A stretch of DNA of 64,000 bases, taken from IMG/VR virus record IMGVR_UViG_3300031231_000003, positions 32,001 through 96,000 of that record; one strand, given 5' to 3'. Positions 20,026-31,725 of the stretch are shown piece by piece; the first letter of the stretch is position 1, and each line of letters opens with the position of its first letter. Made by a program: the position numbers and the translations under genes. The DNA is from a virus. Below the pieces are notes generated by a model. The model was not told the DNA's origin. It worked only from the letters and a program-made list of their open reading frames with translations, and did no database searches.

Positions 20026-20068
20026 TAATGATTCAACTTTATTAACAATTGAAATCTCCGTACAAATC

Positions 20069-21416
20069 ATGAAAAAGAAAAACTTACGTCCTTGACACGA
20101 ACGTTCTTTTGTTTGATCCCAGTGCTCTTGAACAATTTGATGACAATGAAATCGTTGTACCGCTAGTTGTCTTTGAAGAGCTTGATAGAAACAAGGGACG
20201 TTTTGACGAAGTTGGCAGGAACGCAAGAAAGTTCAGTCGTTCGTTGGACGAGCTTCGATCAAACGGTAATTTGTTCACGGGAATCACGCTTCGTAATGGG
20301 GGCATCTTTCGTGTTGCATCGATTGACACTTCTTGCGAGCTCCCTCGTGAGCTTAAGAATTCGTCAGTTGATAACACGATCGTCCTTTACATGCTTCAGC
20401 TCAAGCAAGCAGGCGTCGATGCAAAGTTGATCTCGAAGGACATCAACCTTCGATTGAAGTGCGATGCGCTTGATCTAAAAGCTGAAGATTACCTGAAAAG
20501 TAGCATCAATAAGAACATCGACGAGCTGTATTCGGGCGTCGAATCGCTCGTGCTCGATGATGAACAACTGAACGATTTCCATTCCACCGATGAACTTTTG
20601 ATCGAGTCGGAGAAGGTGTTGTATCCCAATCAAATCATCATTCTAAGGGATCACCTCAACAAATCATCCGGATTTGCACGATGCGTGAATCAAAATGACG
20701 AGAAATGCTATAGGCTTGTTTCCGTGAAGACTCATGCGAACGTTTACGGTCTGAAACCCCGAAACAAGGAACAGAACTTTTCGTTGGATCTTTTGTTGAA
20801 TCCAGACATCAAGTTGATCACATTGACTGGTAAAGCGGGTGGTGGTAAGACACTGATCGCTCTAGCATCTGCGATGGCACAATTGAAGATGCCAGGAAAC
20901 GATACGGGACATTACGAAAAGCTCGTCATCACTCGCCCAATCCAACCCGTCGGCAAGGATCTGGGATTCCTTCCGGGAACGCTGGACGAAAAACTGGATC
21001 CTTGGATCGCGCCCATCAAGGATAACATCAACTTCCTTGTCAAGAACAAGAGGACAAAGAAGGCGAATGAAGCCAAGGAATCGTTTTTGACAATGCTTCA
21101 GGAACGTGGATTGATCGAAATTGAAGCGATCGCTTACATCAGGGGTCGTTCAATTCCGAATGCATTCCTGATCGTTGACGAGGCTCAGAATCTTTCGATT
21201 CACGAACTCAAGACGATCGTTACTCGAGCTGGTGAAGGAACAAAGATTCTCTTGACGGGTGACATTGAACAGATCGATAATTCGAATGTGGATGTCCACA
21301 CGAACGCATTGACGTATGCTATCGAAAAGTTCAAGGATTACCCGCTCGCTGCTCATATGACGCTGCTCAAGGGTGAAAGAAGCGAGTTAGCAACTCTCGC
21401 CTCTCAGATCTTGTAA
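20069..21416 (+). CDS. phoH: PIN-PhoH (PhoH2-type) protein; one extra A at 20078-20082 hides the N-terminus
   Basis: Corrected start MKKKTYVLDTNVLLFDP (PIN); GKAGGGKT, GFLPG, RGRS, DEAQN and GDIEQID. Confidence 0.93.
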
Positions 21417-21443
21417 TTTCTGTCTGAACTAGCTATTTATGGA

Positions 21444-22090
21444 ATGAAATTTAAGGTTTACGTTGATTACACTACGGAAGAAATTCCGCGACCATTTTAT
21501 GTTGGAAAGGGTTCCCAACAAAGACTTCAACGAAAAACACGTAATAATTTACACACGAGAATTAGTTTGAAATATGGGTACGATCGTCAAGTTTTTTTAG
21601 AAACGGACGATGAAGAATTAGCATTTGAAAAGGAACGTGAATTAATAAAAGAATTTGATACGTTTCTTTGTGGGGGAGGTTGGGGGGCTAATTTTACGAT
21701 GGGAGGGGAAGGTGTTTCGGGAATTCCGAATCCGCGGTGTAGGGGTGAAACCCACCCTATGTACGGTAAAAAACATTCCGATGAATCAAAACGCAAAAAC
21801 AGTGAATCAAATAAAATTGCTACTTCGGGAGAAAAGAATGGCATGTTTGGTAAACATCATAATGAAACTACTCGAAAAAAATTGGAGACACCCAGCGAGG
21901 GTGGAATCACACAGAAGAATCTAAGATAAAGATTGGTAAAACCATTAGCACTCGTCAAAAAGGAAGAAAACATTCTGAAGAAACAAAGCGAAAAATTGGT
22001 GAATCTCATCGAGGAAAAATACCGTGGAACAAAGGATTGAAAAAAAATGCACGTAACGATCTTTCAACCCTTGCTTCTCAGATTCTATGA
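21444..22090 (+). CDS. GIY-YIG homing endonuclease with NUMOD3 repeats (frameshift at A-run 21875-21881)
   Basis: KVYV..FYVGKG..R..N.T.GGEG; repeats MYGKKHSDESK and MFGKHHNETTR continue in the shifted frame as GRKHSEETKRKIG..PWNKG. Confidence 0.85.
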
Positions 22091-22272
22091 AGTGTTGGAA
22101 ACCATGCACGAAATTCAAACTAGTGAACTTTAATGGTCGCTCTGAGCGATGCATGGAATTCAAAAAGAAATGGCGTGCAAACTTGAAACCATGTCGTGAT
22201 CCAAAAAATTGCGGATGTTATCCACTTTTTGAAGAGAGGATCGCTTGGTTGAAGAGTACACAAAAATGCTAG
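22087..22272 (+). CDS. Small Cys-rich hypothetical protein
   Basis: ATGA overlap with the displaced PhoH-like stop. Confidence 0.45.
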   Translation: MKCWKPCTKFKLVNFNGRSERCMEFKKKWRANLKPCRDPKNCGCYPLFEERIAWLKSTQKC

Positions 22273-22363
22273 GGAACTTACGTTCCCGTTATGTGAGACG
22301 TTAGAGTTCGTCCAACCGCTTAACCGTCGGGCTAATAACGGTCGTACCCCAGCAGAGGTTAGT

Positions 22364-22370
22364 TACTTAT
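22364..22370 (+). promoter_or_regulatory. Candidate late promoter TA(C/T/A)TTA (representative copy)
   Basis: TACTTAT 3 nt before the structural operon; variants at 21434, 46436, 48972, 58316, 63575 and 16765(-). Confidence 0.55.
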
Positions 22371-22373
22371 GAC

Positions 22374-23306
22374 GTGAGCGGTATACTAGATTCAAAAAAG
22401 AGAATCCTCGACGTCGTATTGACCGAAGAAGGGCGAAAACAAGTTGCTCGTGGTGATCTGAGAATTGATTCTTATTCATTTTCTGACGCGGGTACGTATT
22501 ACAGGGGCGACATTGCGAGTGGTAGCGCGGATGCAACGGTTCGTTTGCAATTCGAGTCGTCGAACCTTCCACAGGATTCGATAACGTTTGAATCCAACGA
22601 CGACGGTCGTCTCTTGTCTTTCAAGAATTCTGCTGGAATCCAATTAAATGATGGGTCGATAATTGAATTCACAACATCAGTTACTTCTTCGGCCACTTTC
22701 TTGAAAGGAAGCGAGTTCACGGATTCCGTTGATGAACTTCTCGTATCATCGATCGGAAATTTCAACAAACTTCAACTGTTGGCAACTCGAGATAACTTGT
22801 TCGATGATTCTGCGTTCGGTTTGAGTAGTTCCGCCGTGGAATTTCTCATTAAGGATGATTCACCGATCGAGGATCGATCATTGTGGACTGCGAACGTGAA
22901 CAACGAAGAAAGTCTATTCAACGATCCACGTCTTGCTCGTTCATTGAACTTTAGGTACCTACCTCCCTCGAACGGTGGTGGATCCGACCTGGGAACGTAT
23001 CCACCTCTCGGCACGACCAACGGGAACTTAGTTACGTATGAACAATTGAAGGTCGAACTTGATGCGTTCGAACAACTCGGTCTCTCTAAGACGATCAAGT
23101 TCGATCCGACATCACGAGAAAATAACTTATTCATGCAATTCTTTGAACAAAACTACAATCAACTCTCTAAGTTGAGGATCATTGATTTTGGAAAGTTCAG
23201 AACGTCAACGAATTCGCTTGTACACGTATTTTTTGCTGGAAATTTATTCGTTGATGACAAACAAAGCCACACATTTTCGCATGTATTCACCATGGTATTT
23301 TCGTAA
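22374..23306 (+). CDS. Putative virion structural (baseplate/tail-associated) protein
   Basis: ILDVVLTEEGRKQVA..SFSD...Y N-terminus is paralogous to 36661-37377; late-type motif upstream; heads the large structural operon. Confidence 0.6.
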   Translation: MSGILDSKKRILDVVLTEEGRKQVARGDLRIDSYSFSDAGTYYRGDIASGSADATVRLQFESSNLPQDSITFESNDDGRLLSFKNSAGIQLNDGSIIEFTTSVTSSATFLKGSEFTDSVDELLVSSIGNFNKLQLLATRDNLFDDSAFGLSSSAVEFLIKDDSPIEDRSLWTANVNNEESLFNDPRLARSLNFRYLPPSNGGGSDLGTYPPLGTTNGNLVTYEQLKVELDAFEQLGLSKTIKFDPTSRENNLFMQFFEQNYNQLSKLRIIDFGKFRTSTNSLVHVFFAGNLFVDDKQSHTFSHVFTMVFS

Positions 23307-25766
23307 TGTTCTACCGTATTCAAAGGAAAACCAACCTCTTAAAGGTAGATCCGTTCTTCGCAACGTTGCAGAACATATCGACGCAAGGTGATTTGAAATT
23401 CGAGTTCAGGTACGTTGTCAACCAACTGAAGATGCTCGATCTGGGTTCGACCGTCGTTCGCGTCAGAATCCTGAACAAGATCGTGACAAAAAATCCTACG
23501 TTCGTGAATTCACGAATTGGATTCGATGATTCGAAACAAGCAGTGAAGAATATTCTTCAACAATCACAGGATTCGAAGAAGGCTCAAAACCAGCAAGAAA
23601 CTGAGATCATTGCCACAAAATTGAGTGATTTTTCATCAAAAATAAGTAAAGAAGTTGTCACTGCGATCAAAGCGGGTGTACCCACTGAAGATATTCCCGC
23701 GTTGAGAAAGAACGTACTGAGAACTGTTTCAGTCAACGAGATCAATCAAAATAATGATCTGAAGCCGATCTTACAATTCATCTCTCACGAGAATTTCACC
23801 AATGTTTCCTCGTCTTTCAGCACCGTCGATGAACAAAGTATGATGTACAGAATGGTCACTGAAGAGGGAGTCGATCCTTCGAGCATCGTTGATCTATCTC
23901 ACAGGAGCGTTACGGCAAAAAAACTCATTTGAAGGAATCTTGAGAAGGACTAAATCTCGTGAAACCGTCATCGATTCCGTGAGTCAATTGTTGAACATGC
24001 ATCTCGTGGGACAAGTTCAATCTCTAGAATTCGATAGAACATCATCTTCGGATTTCAACGATGACTCACAAAAAATTCAGATTCAAGATTCAGTTTTCTC
24101 TGATGAGATTGAAATACCCACTTCGATGGTGATATTGAATCGCGTCAGAAAGCGTTTAGGAACGAATGGTTCACAATTCATCGTTCAATTCGAATTGATC
24201 GATCGAAAGACAAAAGCAAGCATTCAAATTGTTTCTAAGCAATTGAATGTTTCAGAGCACATTCAACAATTTCAATTACCCGTAAAAGCACCCGATGTCA
24301 ACATTACGTCATCAAGTTCGTCTCGGGTCAATCTTGAGGTCAAGCAAATTGATCGCAATTCTTCATTGATCGATGTTTACAAAAAAGTGATCAACGTGAT
24401 CAACGTTGATAATGATGAGTACAAGCACGTAAAAACTCTCACCGTGAATCCCGATCAATTCATCAAATTTCCCGTTGATAAACCGTTGACATCAACGATT
24501 CTGTACAGATTCATTCCCCGTGGGAAGAACGACAGGCTGGGTTCAAGTTACACGAACATCATACTGAAAACTGACAGGGCGGTTCAAGATAAGTCTCTCT
24601 CACTTGTAACTCGTTTAGTTGAAACCGGCATCGAGATCGAAGCATCCTCATTTCCTCCCGGGTTGGTTTCAATCGAGTTTTTGGGCAGAAATCTATCGAC
24701 GTTTGAAAAATCGTACAGAAACATTGGAACGGATAATTTTTCAATCACTGAATCGATAAGAACCCTTGATTCAGTTTCCGTGATTGATACGTTGACATTG
24801 AATGGTGACGTTTATGAGTACGTCGCTAGAATGCATTTCAAGTCAGGAATTCCCGAGTATTCACAAAGTTCCGTGATCGAAAAAATTGAATTCAAACGAG
24901 ATGAACTTGACATCATTGTTTCACAGTTAAGCGTCGTGAATGATTTGAACAATCCAAACGTGACATTCACGATCAACGTTAGGCTCGTTGATAATGATTC
25001 AGACATCACTCGAAAATTGCTCGAACGTTCGGGACTGAAGAATTTGTTCGAGAACGAGTTATTGAATGAACGTGATCTGATAAAAGATCTTGTTTCATTT
25101 AACGTTCAAAGGATCAATTTGACTACAGGAGAACGAGAAAATTTTGGAACATTGACGAACAACATTTTTAATGATGCAAATCTACAAAAGAACAATTCCG
25201 TAAAACCGTTGAAATTCGATCAAAAATACCAGTACGAAGTGTATGCAATGCTTCGCTCGGCCGAGACATTGTTTGAAACATTGTTAAAAACGAAGGTTGA
25301 TCCTACAACGGGTAAGTCATACCAGTTTAAACCATCGAATAAGTACCATCCTCTAGCCTTGATTGAAGGGATTGTAACTACCTCACAAGGTCTAAAAACA
25401 AAGCCCAAAAATGCATTTGAATACGGAAGATTAGGCATGTACGAGGTTGTGAACGTTTCATTTGATGAGAACACCGTCGAAATAAGCAACGTAAAGGCGA
25501 GCAGGTTTGACAATGAAAGAAATGTCATATCATGGGATGTCAACGGTTCGATCAATAAGATTGATCATTTCTTGATCATGAAAGATGTTCATGGTGTAAG
25601 GACAATGATTGGCAAGTCACATGCAAATTCAAAGTTCCAAACAATCCAACACTTTCATTTTTTGAACGAACATGATCGTGGTGAATTCAAGTACGTTATT
25701 GTATTTGTGAGGAACAATTACACGATTAGTTCAGAGTTCGTTTCAAACTCGATTGAGGTAGAATAA
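23306..25766 (+). CDS. Large beta-rich putative structural protein (one gene; +1 indel at A-run 23917-23923)
   Basis: Removing one A joins ..SVTAK to NSFEG..; Ig/FN3-like patterns (YRFIP, YEYV, YQYEV, ISW). Confidence 0.6.
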
Positions 25767-28700
25767 TGGCAATTTTTAAGTCTTTATCAATTCTTGCACA
25801 GACTGTGACAAGAACGGGTGGTATTGAGATTCAATCACCATCTAAACCACTAAGCGCCGCGTCAATTCTTAAATCTCCCGCACGTCCCGCCTTGAATTCA
25901 TCAACGATCACTAACGTTTCAAAATTATTCGTGAAAGAACCCCAGAAGAATGTGAACGTTATTGTACAAAGAGGTACTTCGTTCACGACATTGACGAATA
26001 CTAATTTGGAAGATCTGATTTCAAATGCTACGAACTCGAATCGTCAAGCATTTCCGCCCGTTATCAAGATCCCTAACCTTATTTTGCCTTCTTATCGTCC
26101 AGGTCCCAATCGAAACAAGTCAATAAATGACCTGATCGTCCCAACGAGGAAACTTGAAGCCTACGAAAATCTAACTGGAATCTCACAAGATCGGCCCGAA
26201 ATACTTTTGTTGACACCGTTCAAGCCGCTGTTTCAGGGAACGTCAATATTGAATAAAAAACAGAATTACACGACATTAATGACGAACGAAGGAATCTTTG
26301 TTGAATCTCGAATTCAACTTATGAACCTACAATTCATCAACATGATAAACATGCTGAAGACATTGTCTGACTCTGATCAAGACTTGAAGGAAAATCTAAA
26401 GATCAGAAGTTTTGAGATCAACAGTTCTTTGAATTCTCTGCACTCGACATCAAAGTTTCTGTTGAATCTGATCATCAAGACGAAACACGTCAAAGATCAA
26501 CTTGATCTGAGAAATTCGTTGTACAACATTGATACGAAAAAAATATCGTTCGAACATCAAATCAATTTTTCAACGGGCAACAATGACACGAATTCGAAAT
26601 TCGATCAACTTTCGGTTGGAAAATTCATCTCAAAGACATTCACGTTCGTTGATATCCTGGAATCACAGGGGTTCGATCGTAAGGTTCTAGAGAATATTTT
26701 TACATCTACTAAGTTGTGGATGCAAATGCTTTACGAGTACAAAAGGATCATTAAAAATCAATCAGATCAATTCTTGAACGTGAAGACGAAAAAGAAGACG
26801 GATCAAAATTCTACGAACATTTTCAAGGATTCAATAAAAATTTTCAATGTTTCGACGATAGATCCTCCCGGCTTACAAGGTATCGCTGACCTAGCAAAAA
26901 AACAAGTTCAAGATGTTGCTGACGTCGTAAACATTACAGCCAACGCGTTTGACTCAATCTATTCACAGAGTTCATTTGAGAGCGATGAATCGAAGGTGGC
27001 ATTACTTTCGAACGCGCTGTGTAAGGAGTATTCGTATTCAAGGGGGTTGCTAGATCCTAGCTTGATTGAATTATTGAGAAATTCTTATCAATACACGGTT
27101 TCGAACGGTAATGGTGGCAATTTGAACGTGTTCGATAATGTTTTAGGACAATTTCCTTCGAACGTTTTATCGATCCCTCTAAGCAATCTAAATTCTCTCG
27201 TTTCTCTTTCTCAGGTTTCCATTTCACAGAACGTCGCGGTATTACCGTTCGAATCAAAGTACCTCGATGGTGATTCGGGATTCGTTACACCTGGTGCTAG
27301 TTGGTATATTGATCAAATCTTTCAACTAACGAACGGAAAATTCGATGTCAAGAATCTTGATGAGTTGTTAAGCATGTTAAAAACCGCGTACAAAAACTAC
27401 AATCTTGTGCTTGATCGAATGAACATTAACATGATTGAGAACTCGGGAACGAACATGGGAAATGTAATGTTAAATCCCACCAAGTTCGTTCAAAGGGCGA
27501 TTGATCTATTTTCTGACAAGCAAGGAAATACGTTCGGATACATTCAAGATGATCCCATGACGAACGTGTTCGTCATGGCGTTGCAATCAAAACAATTGAA
27601 AGCGCTTCTGTTTTTGTTTTCGATCAATCAAATTTCACGTTCTTACAATTCAGATTTGAGATTTCCAAATGCGTTACAAGAACTCGATAGTTCACCCTTT
27701 ACGGATGAACTTGTGAATCAAATCGGAAAGCTTTTGGTCTCACTGACTCGACCCACATCGACAAATTTGAGTGAAGCTAGAACTTCAACCGTTTCACTAG
27801 TAGCAATCAAAAAACTCATCAGAAAAGGTACGCTTGTTTCAACGTTGATCAATAGCACGATGCTTCAGGTGTATCATGAATTCAAACATATCAATGCAAT
27901 CAATCTATCGGGGCGAACGGTGTACAGCGGTCATCTTGATACCATCATGATGATGGTCGTCTTTGATACTATGATCACCTCTTTGGCGATGACGACATCA
28001 ACGAGAATCACGGGACGATTGTTTCAACCTCGCATTCAAGCTTCGCACGATGAAACATTCATCGTACATGTTGAAAAAAGAAACGTTCGTGAACGTGCAT
28101 CATCAATCACGAATAAGCTTCAGGTTGAATTGGGTACGATTCAGAGTTTTTCATGGTTAATTCTTGAAACGATTCGTCGTTTATCAGATTCATTAACGAC
28201 GTTCTACAATTTCTTAAATTCGCCACAAGCAATTACAAACATGGCATCGATTACAACGACAATTAACAACCCCGAACAAATGAAGTTCTTGCTTAGTGAA
28301 CAACAGATCATGTTATTGAATTCGAATGTAGATGACATACTTGCTAAATTCAAAACTTCACAGTTAGATATGACTCGAACTAACACTCAGAACGATGAAA
28401 TTAAAATTTTGGACGATGTGAACGTGCCATTGAATGTTAAGAACGTTCTATACGAAACACTGATTCAACCAGAATTCTCAACGAAAAAAGCATTGAACAA
28501 AAAAATTCTGACCGTCGGATTACCACTAGATTTTTCACGAAGATTGTCACAAAAGGGGAAAATTTCAACACAAGCGACCGACAAATTGAAGAGCAAACAA
28601 CTTGATATTGTCAAGATTTTTGTTTACAGGATCGACACGCTGAATCAGGACATCGTCTTTAAACCACAGAAGCTGTTGTTCGAGCTATCGAGATTTCCGG

Positions 28701-29590
28701 TTAGAAATTTTGACACTATGAACGACGTTTCTCGAGGAGCAAGCATTCAAAGTATCATTGGATCCGTTGCATTGCGTGACTTTGGGGAGTCACTTGACGA
28801 GAATTCATCATCAGCGGTATCGTATTACCTCGAAGGCGATGCAAACAGTGCATTCAATTCGCCCAGTTATGAATTTCTATCGTTGCAACAAAAACGAGAA
28901 CTAGCACGAAATCATGTGCTTAGTTACATGCTCGAGATCTACATCAAATTATTGACTGGCATTTCAACATCGGATCATTCATTCACAATGGATGCGAACG
29001 ATGAAAAAACGATCAAAATGTTCGAAAGCACGTTCATCAAATTGTTGATTGAAAAGAACACAGCCGTTGTTACGAACGGTATTGCAAATACGATCAAACA
29101 AAGTCAGATTTCTTCGATTGGAACATTCTTTTCATCGAATAGATCGACGGCGTCATCACGAATGGTTGGTATTGCTGGAAGCAACAAGAACCTCACTTTC
29201 ACGGCTGCCACAAGTTTAGCCTCGTTACCTCGTCAAGGTATCAAACCTCTGATGAATCTCGTGAAGCTCGTTTCAAAGGTTTCAAATTTGAAAACAACGA
29301 TCAGCGATGGAGTTTTAATGTCAAAGAACATCATTCGTCCACGACAATTTGATCGAGTATTCAACGTCATCATTGACCCTGATGATTTTGAAATCAATTA
29401 TGAGGCGACGATCAAGACAGAGTACGGTAAAAAATCATTCGAACAACTGATCAAGAAACGCATCGTCATCCCCGTAGATTCAAACGATCAACGACGTAGA
29501 GCGTACAAGTTCCGTGAAAACGATATTTCTCAAGGTTCCGCTTCGTTCGATAAGTACTTTGTAACGCTTGGAACGTTTGACGAGGAATAA
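25766..29590 (+). CDS. Large hypothetical protein (1274 aa), probably virion-associated
   Basis: Long ORF coupled by TAATG overlaps within the structural operon. Confidence 0.6.
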   Translation: MAIFKSLSILAQTVTRTGGIEIQSPSKPLSAASILKSPARPALNSSTITNVSKLFVKEPQKNVNVIVQRGTSFTTLTNTNLEDLISNATNSNRQAFPPVIKIPNLILPSYRPGPNRNKSINDLIVPTRKLEAYENLTGISQDRPEILLLTPFKPLFQGTSILNKKQNYTTLMTNEGIFVESRIQLMNLQFINMINMLKTLSDSDQDLKENLKIRSFEINSSLNSLHSTSKFLLNLIIKTKHVKDQLDLRNSLYNIDTKKISFEHQINFSTGNNDTNSKFDQLSVGKFISKTFTFVDILESQGFDRKVLENIFTSTKLWMQMLYEYKRIIKNQSDQFLNVKTKKKTDQNSTNIFKDSIKIFNVSTIDPPGLQGIADLAKKQVQDVADVVNITANAFDSIYSQSSFESDESKVALLSNALCKEYSYSRGLLDPSLIELLRNSYQYTVSNGNGGNLNVFDNVLGQFPSNVLSIPLSNLNSLVSLSQVSISQNVAVLPFESKYLDGDSGFVTPGASWYIDQIFQLTNGKFDVKNLDELLSMLKTAYKNYNLVLDRMNINMIENSGTNMGNVMLNPTKFVQRAIDLFSDKQGNTFGYIQDDPMTNVFVMALQSKQLKALLFLFSINQISRSYNSDLRFPNALQELDSSPFTDELVNQIGKLLVSLTRPTSTNLSEARTSTVSLVAIKKLIRKGTLVSTLINSTMLQVYHEFKHINAINLSGRTVYSGHLDTIMMMVVFDTMITSLAMTTSTRITGRLFQPRIQASHDETFIVHVEKRNVRERASSITNKLQVELGTIQSFSWLILETIRRLSDSLTTFYNFLNSPQAITNMASITTTINNPEQMKFLLSEQQIMLLNSNVDDILAKFKTSQLDMTRTNTQNDEIKILDDVNVPLNVKNVLYETLIQPEFSTKKALNKKILTVGLPLDFSRRLSQKGKISTQATDKLKSKQLDIVKIFVYRIDTLNQDIVFKPQKLLFELSRFPVRNFDTMNDVSRGASIQSIIGSVALRDFGESLDENSSSAVSYYLEGDANSAFNSPSYEFLSLQQKRELARNHVLSYMLEIYIKLLTGISTSDHSFTMDANDEKTIKMFESTFIKLLIEKNTAVVTNGIANTIKQSQISSIGTFFSSNRSTASSRMVGIAGSNKNLTFTAATSLASLPRQGIKPLMNLVKLVSKVSNLKTTISDGVLMSKNIIRPRQFDRVFNVIIDPDDFEINYEATIKTEYGKKSFEQLIKKRIVIPVDSNDQRRRAYKFRENDISQGSASFDKYFVTLGTFDEE

Positions 29591-31470
29591 TGACACAATC
29601 TTTACCATCGAACGAAGCATGTACCATTGACGTCAAAGAGGTTGAAAGATTCACAGCAAAGTTCTTTTATCAACACTTTGTTAAAGATGAATGCACGAAT
29701 GACTCGGGAGAGTCAATTGACGTTGACATAAAAAACGTCTCTGGTACAGATGGATCAAACGTTCCTTTGAAAAAGGTTCCTCGATACATTGAACTAAAGT
29801 TCATTCCTGTCGCAGTTTCTAGTGAGAATGTTGACAATCAAGTGATCAAACGAGATCAGGCTTCTCAATTAATCAGCGATCATTTTGATTCGATAGTGAC
29901 TGAGGATCAATTTTCGTCGAATTCGTTCATAAGCATCAATTTTCACGACGGATCGATGGATGACAAGATTTATGAAGTTGTCAGTGGTTCCCTTCAACAA
30001 TTCATGTTGAATACTGAGAAGAATTCCAACGTTAGTAATAATAAGCTTTCAAAGCAATTCAATTCATTGTTATCAGATGATGTCGATGCTGATTTTTTAT
30101 CATCAAAGTTTTCATCATTGACTCGATCATCGGGCGCGTCATTTCATTCACTTTCTGAAGGAACCGATAGGATCAAGACCGCGGAAGCGATCGATGCGAT
30201 CAGTTCTGGTCGAGGTGACAAGGTTGCAATCATTGAAAGACCTTCTCGAGGAACGAACGTTAGCGTGCAACTGAATGCTAAGATCATCAATGACGTGTTA
30301 AAAACACAAATTGACGATCCCACTTCACCCTATTCAAGCGACTTGCAAGACCTTTTGAATTCGACACAAAGCACGCAAAGAACTGCAAAGCAACGAAATC
30401 AAATACCGTCGGACGAGGACTACATGACAATGATTCCATTCATTGACCTCGACGTTCAAAATTCTTCAACAAAGCATGATGAATCTTCAAGACGCGTCGT
30501 TGGTTACGTCATTGATAAATTTGAGATCGATCAAAACCAGAACACGATTGAAAAGGAAAGGTTGATCATCGAAAATCCATTCGCGACACGGATCATCGAT
30601 TCACGCGTAAAGTACGGTTCGACGTACAGGTACCAGATCAGGACGATCGTCCTATTCATTCTTCCCGCCGTCGATGCCGACACGGGCGAACTTGCAATGG
30701 TGAAAGCATTGATCAGTTCAAAACCATCAAGGCCTGAGTACGTTGAGTGTACGGAGAATCAGGCTCCACCCGTACCAAACGATGTCAACTTCATTTGGGA
30801 TTACGAGACAGAAAAATTGATGGTCACTTGGAATTTACCCACGAACCCTCAAAGGGATATCAAACAATTTCAGGTGTTCAAAAGAACGTCGCTTGAGTCA
30901 TCGTACGACCTTGTGAAGCAATTCAACTTCAACGATAGCGACTCGCCCATCGAACAAAACGAAAATCCCGATCCTTCCGTGCTTGAAGTGACAAATTCAC
31001 CTCGAACGTTCTGGATTGATGAAAAATTCAAGAAAAATAGCAAGTACATCTACTCGGTGTGTTCGATAGATGCTCATGGCCTCTCAAGCGGTTACTCGGC
31101 CCAATTCGAGGTCGGATTTGATATCTTTAAGAACAAACTAACGAAATCACTCGTCAGTCACTCAGGTGCCCCGAAACCCTATCCGAACATGTACGTAGAG
31201 AACCAATTGTTCGTTGATTCAATCAGGACGTCACGCGGCTCGAGAATGAAGCTCTACTTCAATCCCGAGTACTACTCGCTCGTCAATAATCAGAAAAAGG
31301 TCATCAAGACGCTTTCAACGAAGCAAGACGGGGGGAGATACTTGTTGCAAGTACTGAACCTCGATAATCAGAAGGTTGAAAATTTAACGATCACGATCGA
31401 TGATCAAACGAAGCAATCGAAAACGAACACAAAATCAACGAAAGTTCTAACAAAGAATCGAACGAAGTGA
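29590..31470 (+). CDS. Putative structural protein with FN3-like domains
   Basis: D..VKYGSTYRYQIR, PPVP.D...LMVTW and YIYSVCSIDAHGLSSGYS. Confidence 0.65.
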   Translation: MTQSLPSNEACTIDVKEVERFTAKFFYQHFVKDECTNDSGESIDVDIKNVSGTDGSNVPLKKVPRYIELKFIPVAVSSENVDNQVIKRDQASQLISDHFDSIVTEDQFSSNSFISINFHDGSMDDKIYEVVSGSLQQFMLNTEKNSNVSNNKLSKQFNSLLSDDVDADFLSSKFSSLTRSSGASFHSLSEGTDRIKTAEAIDAISSGRGDKVAIIERPSRGTNVSVQLNAKIINDVLKTQIDDPTSPYSSDLQDLLNSTQSTQRTAKQRNQIPSDEDYMTMIPFIDLDVQNSSTKHDESSRRVVGYVIDKFEIDQNQNTIEKERLIIENPFATRIIDSRVKYGSTYRYQIRTIVLFILPAVDADTGELAMVKALISSKPSRPEYVECTENQAPPVPNDVNFIWDYETEKLMVTWNLPTNPQRDIKQFQVFKRTSLESSYDLVKQFNFNDSDSPIEQNENPDPSVLEVTNSPRTFWIDEKFKKNSKYIYSVCSIDAHGLSSGYSAQFEVGFDIFKNKLTKSLVSHSGAPKPYPNMYVENQLFVDSIRTSRGSRMKLYFNPEYYSLVNNQKKVIKTLSTKQDGGRYLLQVLNLDNQKVENLTITIDDQTKQSKTNTKSTKVLTKNRTK

Positions 31471-31709
31471 ACTCAGTACCCGACGATCAATTTCTACCGG
31501 GAGATTCAATCATCGTGTTCAAGGGTTCGTATGACATCGTCGCAAGCGATTGGCCATTCGTTGAATCGTTCGAGGATGATTCGTTCGGAATGATCTTGGG
31601 AGCGAGAAGTAACATGTTGTCGGAACAGGATTTCATCGTCCTTGTGAACCAGAAATTGCTGTACGTTCAAGGATATCGGATGGTGAGATCTAATGAACAT
31701 CAATCTTGA
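31467..31709 (+). CDS. Small 'PGD'-family protein
   Basis: FLPGDSIIV..FGMILG; GTGA overlap. Confidence 0.55.
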   Translation: MNSVPDDQFLPGDSIIVFKGSYDIVASDWPFVESFEDDSFGMILGARSNMLSEQDFIVLVNQKLLYVQGYRMVRSNEHQS

Positions 31710-31725
31710 TTCGATTTAGAATTGA

